Assembly: GCA_951406725.2 (NCBI GenBank)
Contig: OX597821.1
Location: 118,730,001-118,794,000, forward strand
Source of the DNA: Octopus vulgaris
Lineage: Eukaryota
Length of the DNA: 64,000 bases
Direction: 5' to 3'
Shown here: one piece after another, positions 40,413-54,316 of the stretch
Numbering within the stretch: position 1 is the first letter of the stretch
Layout: each line of letters begins with the position of its first letter
The notes under the pieces: generated by a model
Database searches by the model: none
Seen by the model: only the letters and a program-made list of their open reading frames with translations
What the model was told of the DNA's origin: nothing
Position numbers and translations under genes: made by a program

Positions 40413-42833
40413 CACATACATACATACATACATAAGTACGTACACACATACTCACATACATACACATATACATACTCACATACATACACACATACATATC
40501 CACATACATACGTACGTACATACACACATATACATATACATACATAAATGCATACATACACACATACATACACAAATGCATGTATATACAGACACAAACG
40601 TATATACAAACCTACATACACTCATAAATACATAAATATCTACATACGCACATTCACCCATACGTGCATACACAAATACATACATGCATACACACGCACC
40701 CACACACATACTTCTTTGAATACACATATATATACCTGCATGCACACATACGTACACATACAAATACAGATATGCATACATGCATACGTGCACACAAACA
40801 TACACACATACATACACACATTCATACTCGCATACGTATATACATACATTCAGACATATACGTTTATACAGTCACATATATATGTTCTTTTCAATTGTTT
40901 GAGTCATTGAATTGCGTTTTCCAAAACTTTATCTCATAATTCATTCCTAATATCCTCAAACACACTTTAGAACCGGCTGCATGAGAATCTATACGCTTCC
41001 TCTATTTTAACCACTCCACAACTCAAGTGTTCTTCGTTGCTCAATACTCGTTTTGTAATCTCCCATCTATATAAATTTTCCCTTTGTTTTCTTTCTACAT
41101 CCTTCTTTCCTTTTTGACACTAAATCCACATTTTCCAAACAATTGCAGTGGCGTCATCGAAATTAAGAACCCTAATTTACTAAAGTTCAAATGTCGTTTT
41201 TTATACATATATATTCACCTTGTAAATTGTGAATTAATTTGTATATCTAAATAAAGAAACTCTTACGAGCTTTAATAGGGTATACAGCTTTACAGCGTAA
41301 CATCAATATGTTAATTTTAGATTAAAAATACATCTTAATTATCATAATTTAGAGTACCATTTAACTGAAGGACAACATGTAACATTTCATATTTTATGAT
41401 TTTTTTGCTTTTAAAATTCATTCTGTAATCCCTAAAAACAATAAAATCACAGAGTCAGTATTTTGGGAACCCAAAATTACTTAATACAGATTTGCATCTG
41501 CGAAACATAGAAATGTTCAGATCATTTATCACTGTTACGGATATATTTTCCCACTTTCGGGTAATAATGTTTTTAAAAAATTCTGTCTTAATACTTTTCA
41601 AAGCGCTACCCAACCTTTACCATGAATTTTCGATGGTATTTAGGTCGGGCGACAGCGCTGGTCACTGCATCAATCGAAATCTCTTAGGACTGATGTAGTT
41701 TCTGACAAGGTACGTGGTGCCATTCAGCTCGTTCTCTCTTACCCATCATAACTATTAGGTAACTTTAAAATTGAAGGACTCTTTAAGAATCACTTAAAAG
41801 GTCTTTTCTAATATGTGGTAATTTTTCATGCTACAAACAGAAGTGAAATTTACCTTACCTTTATGTTAGTCAATAAAGCAAAAAATGTATGTATGTATGT
41901 ATTTATGTATGTATATATGTATGTGTATGTGTGTATATATGTATGAGTGTATGTATGTATGTATTTATGCGTACACATGTATGCAGACAGACAAACCTGT
42001 GAACTTCCACACATAACATACGTGCACACACACATACACGCATGTACACATATATACATACACATGTACTTACATACACATACAAATAAATACGCACATA
42101 TATACACATACACACATATATATATACGAACACTCAAAAATACATACACACATACAAACTTCCTTAAATACACATATACACACTGACATACATACACATA
42201 CACATCATACACACATACATACACACTTACGTACACATATTCATGCTGCACACATACATACATTCATACACACGCATATACATATATACACACATAAGTA
42301 CATACACACATGCATACATACATAAATATATACACACAGACATACGTACGCAGATACATAGACACATACATAAAACCATACATATAAACATGCATGCATA
42401 AACACAATCATACATATATACATACATACGTACACACATATACATGTACATACATGCATACATACATACACACATACATATGCTCATAGATGCATACATA
42501 TGTGCACACATTCACAGGCACCTGCATGCAAGTATGCATCTATTCCTATATACATACGCACATGAAATATGTACATATACACATATACATACTTACATAA
42601 CTACATACATCAGTACACGCACATACATGCATGCATACGTACGTACATGCACACGTAGAAACACACATACACACATACGTATATGTATACATACATGCAT
42701 ATATTACAAACCTACACACATACAGTACATACTTACACACACACCTACACACGTAAATCCATACACATATAGGTTCATACACACAAACATACAAGCATAC
42801 TTAGACACCGACACACATACATATATACATGCA

Positions 42834-42904
<71 letters not shown>

Positions 42905-43260
42905 CATACATAAACTCATACATGTTTATACAGTCACATATATATGTTCTTTTCAATTGTTTGAGTCATTGAATTGCGTTTTCCAAAACTTTATCTCTTC
43001 ATTCATTCCTAATATCCTCAAACACGCTTTAGAACCGGCTGCGTGTGAATCTATACGCCTTCTTCTAATTTAACCACTCAACAACTCAAGTGTTCTTCGT
43101 TGCTCAATACTCGTTTTGTAATCTCCCATCTATATATAGCTGAAGAACAGTTTCCCTTTGTTCTCTTTCTACATCCTTCTTTCCTTTTTGACACTAAATC
43201 CACATTTTCCAAACAATTGCATCGAAATTAAGAACCCTAATTTACTAATGTTCAAATGTC

Positions 43261-43334
<74 letters not shown>

Positions 43335-44693
43335 AACTTGTAAATTGTGAATTAATTTGTATATCTAAATAAAGAAACTCTAACGAGATTTAATAGGGTA
43401 TACAGCTTAACTGAGTAAAATCAATATGTTAATTTTAGATTTAAAAAAAATCTTAATTATCATAATTTAGAGTACCATTTAACTTAAGGACAACATGTAA
43501 CCTTTCATATTTTTTTTTTTTTTGGCATTTAAAATTCATTCGGAAATCCCTAAAAAGCAATAAAATCACAGAGTCAGTATTGTGGGAAACCAAAATTACT
43601 TAATACAGCTTTGCATCTGCGAAACATAGAAATGTTCAGATAATTTATCACTGTTGCGGAGATTTTTCCCCACTTTCGGTTAATAATGTTTTTAAAAAAT
43701 TGTCTTAATACTTTTCACAGCTCTACCCAACCATTCCCAAGGATTTTCGATGGGTTCCAGCTCGGGCGACGACGCTGGTCACTATATCAACCGAAATCCC
43801 TTAGGTATAATGTAATTTTTGACTTGGTACGAGGTGACATTCGGGTGGTTGTCATGCTGGAAAGTCCAAATGCTTTCGGGCGTATGGAAGCATAGTATTA
43901 TTCAATATTTCTAGATAGGACTTACTATCCAATCGGATTATAGAACTGACGTCTTTTCCAGACATACACCCTTACATCATCACACTTCCGCCAGAGTGCC
44001 TAATTGAAGGTTGGATGCATTTTGGATGGAATTCTTCACATATACGCCTTCTTACGTACTTCCTGATATCACTGCCGAACCAGTTGTACTTTGATGCGTC
44101 CGACCACAACACATTCGTCCAATCTGCTTGACTCCATTTCAAATGTTTTTTAACGGGCAAATCGATTTTTCAAATACACACATACACACATACATGCATA
44201 GACACTCATACATACATACACTCATACATTCATACATACAGACATTCTCACATACATAGATACATACTTACATACATACATACATACACACATACTCATA
44301 TACATACATACATACATACACACATACAAACATACAAACATACACACATACATACATACACTACATACATACATACATACATACATACATACGCACATAC
44401 ATGCATGTGTGTATGTATGTACGTGTGAATGTACTTACGTATGCATGTATGTGCATATATATCTATGCGTGTCCGTATATAGATATCTGTATACATATAT
44501 ATATGTGTATATATATCTATGAGTGTATATACATAAATTCATACATACATACATTCATATATACATTCAACTATGCATACATGCATAAATACTTAAATAC
44601 ATGTATACATACATATTTACATACATGCATACATACATATACATGCATACATACATACATACATACATATATACATACATACATATACATACA

Positions 44694-44727
<34 letters not shown>

Positions 44728-44814
44728 CATATACATACATACCTACATACATACATACATACATACATACATACATACATACATACATACATACATACAT
44801 ACATACATACTTAC

Positions 44815-45311
44815 ATGGTGGTTGTCTACTCCTTATACAGAGTTTGACCACCTCCTTACCGACACCTTAGCACCATTATAGTGCCTGATGTGGCTTTTCA
44901 ACAGAAAGAATATTCTGAAAAGACACCCATATAGATTGCTCCTCCAATTTGGGCCACCAAGACCTGCAGATAAATTCTGCTGTTTCTAGATCTTAAAATG
45001 TCGCTTGAGTCTTCCGTTGGATTTGCAAACTTCATAAGTTCGTCAGGGGATCATTCGATATCTTGACCCCAATATTTGTTTTATCTCTCCTTGCATCATC
45101 ACCCCATTTTCTTTATCTTAAATGGTGACTAAAGAAATTGACAGTTCAGGAGTACATCAGCCCTTTCACGAGTCTTATTTTTCATCCAGCAGTGTCCAAC
45201 AACTCCCTCGTCACCAAGCAAGCCTGGTGGGGTTGCCGGTTTATTCGCCGACGACCCGACCATGTAACAGGTTGTACTGGGTTACATGTTCCCAGTAGCA
45301 CTCAAGAGCGA
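44815..45311 (-). mobile_element. Short RTE-like head+tail derivative (longest copy; deleted copies at 9834-10026, 14853-14998, 39621-39813)
   Basis: 3' part encodes a decayed C2H2-like VCKSNGRLKRHFKI. 5' part has gtgtccaacaactccctcgtcaccaagca, similar to the RTE 5' region at 23266-23295. Embedded in (CATA)n. Confidence 0.6.
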
Positions 45312-45395
45312 CATACATACATACATATATACATACATACATACATACATACATACAGACAGACAGACAGACAGACATACATGATGGCCGTATAT

Positions 45396-45890
45396 GAACA
45401 TGTATCATACATCAAAATGAAGCTGGTTCTCAGTGGATCACATCCCTACTCCACAACATAGTTGCCGTTTCTCTCAGAAGCAATGTTCCACCTTCGAATG
45501 ACTGCATGTATCCCCGTCCGTGAAATTCGGTTGACTGTTCTTGGAGCCATTTCTTCAATACCTCCACACTCACCAGATTTAGCACCTCAGACTATAATCT
45601 CTTCGGCGCAACAAAAGAGAGTTTGAGAGGCAAACATTATACCAGTGACGAGGAAGTAAGAACTGTGGTGAAGAAGTGGCTCAAAGAACATTCAACAGAA
45701 TTTTACAGGGCAGGAATACATGCTCTCATTCGAAGAAGAAACATTGCTTTTGAGAGAAACGATAACTATATTAAAGAGTCGAGATGTGATCCACTGGGGC
45801 CAAGATTCATTTTGATGTATGATACATGTTCCTGTGTTGGTAATTATACCTGTCCTAAACAAAATGGCATTACTTTTTGACTCACCCTCG
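45396..45890 (+). mobile_element. Mariner-derived foldback module
   Basis: ORF 45623-45880 is the mariner C-terminus, followed by the TIR. Confidence 0.8.
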
Positions 45891-46593
45891 CACATACATA
45901 CATACATAAGTACGTACACACATACTCACATACATACACATATACATACGCACATACATACACACATACATATCCACATACATACGTACGTACATACACA
46001 CATATACATATACATACATAAATGCATACATACACACATACATACACAAATGCATGTATATACAGACACAAACGTATATACAAACCTATTCTTTGAATAC
46101 ACACATATATATATACCTGCATGCATGCATACGTACACATACAAATACAGATATGCATACATGCATACGTGCACACAAACTTACACTCATACATACACAC
46201 ATTCATACTCACATACGTATATACATACATTCAGACATATACGTTTATACAGTCACATATCTATGTTCTTTTCAATTGTTTGAGTCATAGAATTGCGTTT
46301 TCCAAAACTTTATCTCATAATTCATTCCTAATATCCTCAAACACACTTTAGAACCGGCTGCGTGTGAATCTATACGCCTTCTTCTAATTTAACCACTCAA
46401 CAACTCAAGTGTTCTTCGTTGCTCAATACTCGTTTTGTAATCTCCCATCTATATATAGCTGAAGAACAGTTTCCCTTTGTTCTCTTTCTACATCCTTCTT
46501 TCCTTTTTGACACTAAATCCACATTTTCCAAACATTGCATCGAAATTAAGAACCCTAATTTACTAATGTCGCAAATGTCATTTTTTATATACA

Positions 46594-47437
46594 TATATAT
46601 TCAACTTGTAAATTTTGAATTAATTTGTATATCTAAATAAAGAAACTCTAACGAGCTTTAATGGGGTATACAGCTTTGCAGCGTAACATCAATATGTTAA
46701 TTTTAGATTTTAAAAAAATCTTAATTATCATAATTTAGAGTACCATTTAATTTAAGGACAACATGTAACATTTCATATTTTATGATTTTTTTTGCTTTTA
46801 AAATTCATTCTGTAATCCCTAAAAACAATAAAATCACAGAGTCAGTATTTTGGGAACCCAAAATTACTTAATACAGATTTGCATCTGCGAAACATAGAAA
46901 TGTTCAGATCATTTATCACTGTTGTGGAGATTTTTTCCCACTTTCGGCGAATAATGTTTTTAAAAAATTCTGTCTTAATACTTTTCAAAGCGCTACCCCA
47001 CCTTTACCATGAATTTTCGATGGTATTTAGGTCGGGCGACAGCGCTGGTCACTGCATCAATCGAAATCTCGTAGGTCTGATGTAGCTTCTGACAAGGTTC
47101 GTGGTGCCATTCATCTCGTTCTCTTACCCATCATAACTATTAGGTAACTTTAAAATTGAAGGACTCTTTAAGAATCACTTAAAAGGTCTTTTCTAATAGG
47201 TGGTAATTTTTCATGCTACAAACAGAAGTCAAATTTACCTTACCTTTATGTTAGTCAATAAAGCAAAAAAAAAAACTTTGCAAATCATTCTTAAATTACA
47301 CAAAATAATGTTTATTTTTAATTTTATATTTATATGTTGAATGTTACGCTGTAAGTTTGTTCACCATATTAAAGCTCCTGAAATTTTCGTTAACTTCATA
47401 TACATCTTAATTCACAATTGATAATTTGAATATATAA
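46594..47437 (-). mobile_element. Internally deleted Tc1-like element retaining both long degenerate terminal inverted repeats
   Basis: About 47325-47437 is a diverged reverse complement of about 46594-46710 (tatatattcaa...gagctttaat...cagcgtaacat), with a Tc1 remnant inside. Confidence 0.65.
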
Positions 47438-47519
47438 AAACAATTCCATTTTACCATTATTATACTAGCGTTCTTCAATTAGATGGTCCCACCCTATATA
47501 CTTCATCTTCTGACGTTAC

Positions 47520-47900
47520 TTAGTAATGTCCAGTGTAATGGTCAGCAAGTAATGTGTCTATAATCGCTGGCTTCCTTTCTGCTTTTCTTTGTCCTTCTCT
47601 ATCAGTACACACCATCAATTTTGTTATCCATGTTGGCGTTCTATTTTCTTTGCAGTCAGTAAAAACCGTTCGGATATGGCTGCGTATACTTGGGAGATTT
47701 TGGAACTGGAAGCCCTCTGTACCATCTGATCCTAAGGTTTTCCAGTTTGGTATATTCTTGGTTATCATTTTTACTTTCCATAATTGTTATATTTTCTTGT
47801 GTCACCCCGTCCTCCATTTCTGCAATAAATTCCTGCAATCAGTCAGCTTTTGTGTTACGTGGGACTTCTTTGCTCTAGATTTTAGAAATGCTCCGTAAAG
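47520..47900 (-). mobile_element. R4/Dong-like RT remnant
   Basis: IPNWKTLGSDGTEGFQFQNL resembles PNWKAPGPDG..GFW.K.L. Confidence 0.6.
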
Positions 47901-48779
47901 TGTCCTTCAGTTGTCACCATCAATGTGCAACATTTCTAGTAAAAAAAAAATACTTCTTAAATTTTTATGTGTAAAACAACGCAAAAGTCAGAGTAATTGA
48001 CTGTTATTTTCAGCATGATTCTAGGTCACCTGTAGGCAAATATTGTTTATAGATTATTCTTAGTGTCCTTCAATTTTTACTTGCCGTTTTAAGAATCTGG
48101 TGACACCATAAATAGGTCAATTTCTTTTCATAAATGCTTCTGAATATTCTTCAGTTTTTACACGAAAAACAAAGGGAATTTGGCTTCTGTTTCTAGCATG
48201 AAAAATTACTGCATATTAGAAAAGTTCTTCTAAGTGTTTCTTAAAGAATCCTTCAATTTTCTATGAATTTTCATGCAATTAAAAGCGATCTTGATGGAAA
48301 ATCGTCAGAAGAGCAAAAACACTGTGATTTATTGAGTCTCTTCTCACCAGCGACACGATTTGCCATCCGATGTGTGGAGTCGTGTAGTGAAGCTTTGTAT
48401 AGAGAACTGTCTTATCCGCCGACCCCAGCAAATTATTCTCTATAGCATCCCAGGGTTTCCTCTTAAGCGACGTTTCCTAGACGCGAACGCTGACCACCTC
48501 AAACCTTTCCAGTCGACGTCATCAGACCTCAACAACGTCAAATGGCTTCGTTTTCTTCGGTCGAATTCAACACGATGAAATGGATGTGAGATGAACTCAG
48601 CAAGACAAGCCGTTTTCTATAGACATCGGATAAAGACGGCAGCAAACGATTCGAAGGCAGATATAAGACAGAGACATAGAAGGAATTTCAGTTCTCGACA
48701 ATTTAAAAGCTTTCTGTCGGTAGAAAGTTAAAAATCAAGCTCTGTGTTATGGAGTCAAAAGCGTTTAAATAAATTTCAC

Positions 48780-49220
48780 CCCAATACAGCCAGGTCCCGT
48801 CTGACTTTCTTTGATCCCTTGTTAAACCAAATACACAGGGAAAACAGTGACACCCAGCTCAGTATGACTCCCTTCCGTAAAACCCTGTCTATACAATCGT
48901 TCTTTAGCAGAAAGTTGGAGGGTCATTCAGACACAATGTCTAAGAGAATCTTGCTTTCTACACTGAGCAAGGGGATGACTCGACATAGGTTGATAATCTC
49001 GGCCCTTGTCTCCTTCGGTATATTCATCCCTTCGATGTATGTATGTGACTGGTTAACCTATCGTCTCCTCCAGGTCATATGTAGGACCCTCCACACCCGA
49101 TAGAGTAGCTTCCAGCAATCCTTATAGACATTGTAAACCATTCTACTATGCTGTGATAAATCTCACCATCCTCATCACTTTTCCAATTACACTTATGCCC
49201 GGCTCCTTCAGATTCCATTC
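48780..49220 (-). mobile_element. Hero-like (RLE-type) RT remnant
   Basis: Manual reading gives WRVLHMTWRR...EGMNIPKE...RVIPLLSVESKILL...FLLKNDCID...RDLAVL, similar to the Hero RT N-terminal motifs. Confidence 0.55.
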
Positions 49221-49679
49221 CTTGCACTAAGAATAAGTACAATGTAAAATTACTACCTGCTTTTATAGCAAATTGATGCGGGTAGTTTATCCTGTCCCCC
49301 TCCGACTTTTCATGCAATTGAAGAAAAACGAATTATTTATGGGATGACCCAATATTGTGAACTGATTTGATGAAATCGTGGATGAAATCAATAAGGATTA
49401 AGATAAATGGTGAAAAATATGGACGAATTTATGTGACTACGTTAAAATTATGTATGTATCTAGCTTAGCTTGCTATACATATATTTATTTGTATACGAAA
49501 TGTTACTGTTCGATATATAAACATACACACGCGTGCGCACACACGTACACACTGTCACACCGACATATATCCGTGCTGGCGTTATAACGCCGTTCTCTAA
49601 GGGAGGTAATTCCCAACATATTTTTTCAGAGTGATCTCCCTTGATAGCAAAATTCCCGTCTGCAATGTTCACAGAATAA

Positions 49680-50095
49680 TTTCTCTTTTGTCGTGGCCAT
49701 GTCTTGGGGCGTTTCTCTGTATCATCTCAAGAATCGATTTCATTGCGTTTGAGATGCATATGGCAAATATTGATTTGTTGTGTTGAGTGAATTTCTTTCA
49801 AATATCGAGCTTCTTCACGAGTCCAAGACATTTCAAGCGATTTTCAGTTGTGTCATAGAATGGCTTTGATTCGGTCGTCATCAACTCCAGTAAGTCGACC
49901 AGAGAATTGGTCATCTTTGAGTGAAAAATCTGCTGAACGGAATTTTTGAAACCATTTCTGAAATGTGCGTTTTGTTAAGCAATCCACACCATGAACTTCA
50001 CATGTTTCTTTGTAGGCCTCGGCAGCTCTGTTGCCTTTATGGAAATGAAAAAGCAAAATGTGGTGAAAATGTTTGTGTTTGTACACCATGTTAAA
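49680..50095 (-). mobile_element. Mariner transposase 5' fragment (HTH domain)
   Basis: ORF 49853-50089: HFHHILLFHFHKGNRAAEA...CEVHG...QKWFQKFRSADFSLKD..SGR. Confidence 0.85.
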
Positions 50096-50366
50096 ATTGA
50101 CAGTGGATTAACAACTGTAAAGGTAATTAGGTGCGATTTACCTGTAAAGTAAGCTAAAAGTAACGGCTATCAAATGTCAAAAGGAAACAAAGTCATAACA
50201 TTGACACAAATCCTTCTCTCTATTTGCGCAAATGAAGTCCAATTAATTGGAGTTGCAGCAATGGTGACATTGAACAATACTTTCCATTCTATAGCTACCC
50301 TCATCACATCTAAACTGACACATTATTTACAGTTGACCGGTATTTATTCCCATCTTTTTTGTTGTT

Positions 50367-50412
50367 AACATAACATTTCGGCTGATATACCCTCCAGCCT
50401 TCATCAGGTGTC
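50367..50412 (-). ncRNA. Minimal type-I hammerhead motif (PLE/retrozyme type), partly mutated
   Basis: GACAC-CUGAUGA-A-GGCUG(loop)CAGCC-GAAA-UG-UU-AUGUU. Confidence 0.7.
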
Positions 50413-50499
50413 TTGGGGAAATTTCGAACCTGCGTCCTCATTCCTAAGGTGTTTTTCGATATTTATTTATATTATTTACGTCACTGCTAAGAATCGAAC

Positions 50500-50833
50500 T
50501 CTACTACTACTACTACTACCACCACCACCGTTATTACTACTAATAATAAAACTACTACTGCTACTACTACCAGCACCACCAGCACCACCTCCACCATCAC
50601 CACCACCACCACCACTACTACTACTACTGCTACTACTACTACTACTACTACTACTACTATTACTACTACTACTACTACTACTACTACCACTACTACTACT
50701 ACTACTACTACCACTACTACTACCACCACCACCGTTATTACTACTAATAATAAAACTACTACTGCTACTACTACCAGCACCACCTCCACCACCTCCACCA
50801 TCACCACCACCACCACCACTACTGCTACTACTG

Positions 50834-50888
<55 letters not shown>

Positions 50889-51038
50889 CTACTACTACTA
50901 CTACTACTACTACTACCACTACTACTACCACCACCACCGTTATTACTACTAATAATAAAACTACTACTGCTACTACTACCAGCACCACCAGCACCACCTC
51001 CACCATCACCACCACCACCACCACTACTGCTACTACTG

Positions 51039-51115
<77 letters not shown>

Positions 51116-51152
51116 GCTACTACTACTACTACTACCACCACTACTACCACTA
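50500..51152. repeat. (ACT)n/(ACC)n field with three copies of a ~205-bp higher-order unit
   Basis: Marker ccgttattactactaataataaaact at about 50528, 50732 and 50937. Confidence 0.9.
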
Positions 51153-51459
51153 CATTTAAGGAATTTTCCCTGTTCTATGTTTTTGATTTTCCGTTTATTT
51201 TTTTTCTTAATTTTTTCTTTGTTTCGTTCTTTTTATTCAGGTCTTGAAATGTGTGTGTAGCGATGTGTACAAACATGTCTATATTTCTGTATAGGTGTGT
51301 ATATGAATATACGTATGTGGCTAGGAATGTAAGGAGTTATAGATTTGTGAATGTATGTTTATGTGTACACATGAAAATGTGTTTGAATGCATGTATGTTT
51401 ATATATTTATGAATTTATGTATGTCTGTATATATGTATGCAAGAAGTTACGTACAGAGT

Positions 51460-51702
51460 TTGTTATATTTCGGGACGGTCATATTTTTTGCCAAATAAAC
51501 ACACGCACTATACATATTATTCTTCATTCGTTTATTATTGTTCTTATTTTATCTAATGTCCATTGTCTGGAAATCTTTTGTCCCACGTGCATCCTCCTCT
51601 GGAAGATACACATGAATAGATGAGTCCACTGTAGAGGTCACAGATGTGTGAAGAAAGCTTTCCAGACAGTGGACATAATATAAAATAAGAACAACAATAA
51701 AC
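51460..51702 (-). mobile_element. PLE pseudo-LTR relics in inverted arrangement, related to the 4.4-8.8 kb element
   Basis: ttgttatatttcgggacggtcatat at 51460 resembles the pLTR end at 4436. Inverted arms at about 51531-51573 and 51659-51702. Degenerate hammerhead ctgtagag-gtcaca-gatg-tgtgaa-gaaa-gctt at 51629-51660 (+). Confidence 0.65.
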
Positions 51703-51781
51703 AAGTTCTATATTTAAGAAGTGAGGAATTATGTACATTATTTACAATTGACGGATAATTGTCCTCGTCTTGTTTGTTATT

Positions 51782-51827
51782 AACACAACCTTTCGGCTGA
51801 TATACTCTCCAGTCTTCATCAGGTGTC
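51782..51827 (-). ncRNA. Minimal type-I hammerhead motif (second copy of the 50367 family)
   Basis: GACAC-CUGAUGA-A-GACUG(loop)CAGCC-GAAA-GG-UU-GUGUU; stem I GACAC/GUGUU is intact. Confidence 0.7.
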
Positions 51828-51879
51828 TTGGGGGAATTTCGAACCTTGGTTCCCATTCCAAAGGTATTTTTCGATTTTG

Positions 51880-52140
<261 letters not shown>

Positions 52141-52754
52141 TGACTGCTTGGAATCAAACTCGGAATCTTGGGATTAGTAGCGTTCAGTTTATCATTTATG
52201 CAGTCATCAAAATTATTATAATGTCTTGTTGTTGATATAGGTTCTCTTTCTTTCCTGATAAGAAGATTACATTATTTTACACCGTTTATTCCTTTGGAAT
52301 ATAGCCATTGTTGTCTTCGAAGCATATGTCGAAAGTAAAAGAATTTGAATAACACCTGCTTTCAAATCCATTTATTTACTTATGCTATGCAAATTACTGC
52401 ACTTTAACCCGGAGTTTCTACCTTTGAATAGGTCGCTACATCCTTGTTACTTGCGTGAATGTTGCTACTCTGGTAACTGTTTATTAAATTTTCCATGTTA
52501 ATGGTAAACAAAGGATAATTCATTCATCCATGTATATATATATGGTTGTATGTATGTAAGTATGTATGTATGTATGTATATATGGTTGTATGTATGTATA
52601 TATGTATGTATGTATATACGGTGGTATGTATGTATGTATATATGTATGTATGTATGTATATATGGTTGTATGTATGTATGCATACATGTATGTATGTATG
52701 TATGTATGTATGTATGTATGTATGTATGTATGTATGTATGTATGTATGTATGTA

Positions 52755-53283
52755 TAATTTTAATTAGGATTCAACTAACTGCTTCACCACATACCGAAAT
52801 TAGAAATAGGAGTTGAAAATTCCTTTTCAGCTACTATAAGTATCTCCATGACGGTAAACATACTTTTTTGCGAAGGCAAAGAGAAAAACAATGAATCAAC
52901 ACGACCAGGTTTCATTATATACGCGCGTTTCGCGATTAAAGTAATTTTAATTTTTATTACTTCTGTCTTCAGTATAATATTTACAATTGTTATAAAATTT
53001 GAAAGTGCTAGGGTTGAATATGTACACAATCGAGCGTCATAATGTAACAGATATCCAAACAACACTTCCAAATTTTACAGAGCCGAATGCGAATACACTA
53101 TTCAAACTCTATACCCACCTGTAATTAATCCTGGTCCTGTTTATTCATTGTTCTTCTCTTTGTCTTCGTAAAAAAGTATGTTTACCGTCATGGATTTCTT
53201 ATAGTAGCAGAAAAGGGATTTTCAACTACTATTTATAATTTTTGTCTGTGGTGAAGCAGTTAGCTAAACCCTAATTATAATTA
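52755..53283. mobile_element. MITE-like element with ~140-bp imperfect terminal inverted repeats
   Basis: 52759-52896 is a diverged reverse complement of 53143-53280 (ccatgacggtaaacatactttttt / aaaaaagtatgtttaccgtcatgg). Confidence 0.7.
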
Positions 53284-53811
53284 TGTGGATAATTTTTACC
53301 TATAAAGGTTATGTTAACTTACCGATCTACTTAGTAAAATTGTTAATTAATTGATTAATTAATTAGTTAATTTAGTTAAATAATTTTACGCTGCTATAAT
53401 TAATTTCAAATTTCAAGAAAAATGCACGTGCAGTTTGCACAAAAAGATCATCATGCTTTTCCATCTAGATTTACCTCCCCTAACCATTTGTACTGCTTAA
53501 AGGCACGTTTCTTTCCTGCCAAGCTTACTGTTTAAACCATGTTTGTGTCCTCCCAGTCAACAGCCTTATCATTATTGGTACTTTAAACTCTTCGGTTGCA
53601 TATTTGTGTGAAAAAAATCGGTCTCTTTTTTTGGAATAGTAAAAAAAAGTCTATCTTTATTTCTTTTTTTTTCTAAATTTCTGAAATTTAGATTAAACCA
53701 GTGTTTCTCAAAGGGGAGGCCTATGGGACGGTCGGACAAGTTGGTTTGAGAAAATTTGGTTTAAATGCTTGACAACTCAGCACTGTCCGTTGGACGGGGA
53801 GCGTTTTTCTC

Positions 53812-53950
<139 letters not shown>

Positions 53951-54194
53951 TATGCATGTATGTATGTATGTATGTATGTATGTATACAAATCAAACACAC
54001 ACGCAACGGGTGTGTTGCTAGCTCGTGGTTCGACTGCATTTATGATATTCAAGAGAATTTATTCTTAATACGGCTGGTGTAAAAGACCTGAAAAGTAAGT
54101 CATAGGCAAACGAGACATGAGTTCCCTTCTCAGAGCGACAAATAACGATGTTCCTTCTTTGTTATGACTTTTCAATGTCATGTACTGGACTAGG

Positions 54195-54316
<122 letters not shown>

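Larger units (their letters stand above)
38267..47270 (+). repeat. Composite tandem array, right block
   Basis: Module starts at about 38267, 40862, 42924 and 46243. Tc1 remnants at 38674-39535, 41214-41725, 43332-44175 and 46600-47110. Mariner foldbacks at 39917-40412 and 45396-45890. Confidence 0.9.

Noticed and set aside
50408-51247. 279-aa Leu/Pro/Thr-rich ORF resembling a mucin or extensin
   Set aside because: Translation of (ACT)n/(ACC)n repeats, with no domain or splice support.
53699-53755. hAT-like terminus cagtgtttctcaaa with a nearby tttgagaaa
   Set aside because: Too short, and no 8-bp target duplication is visible.
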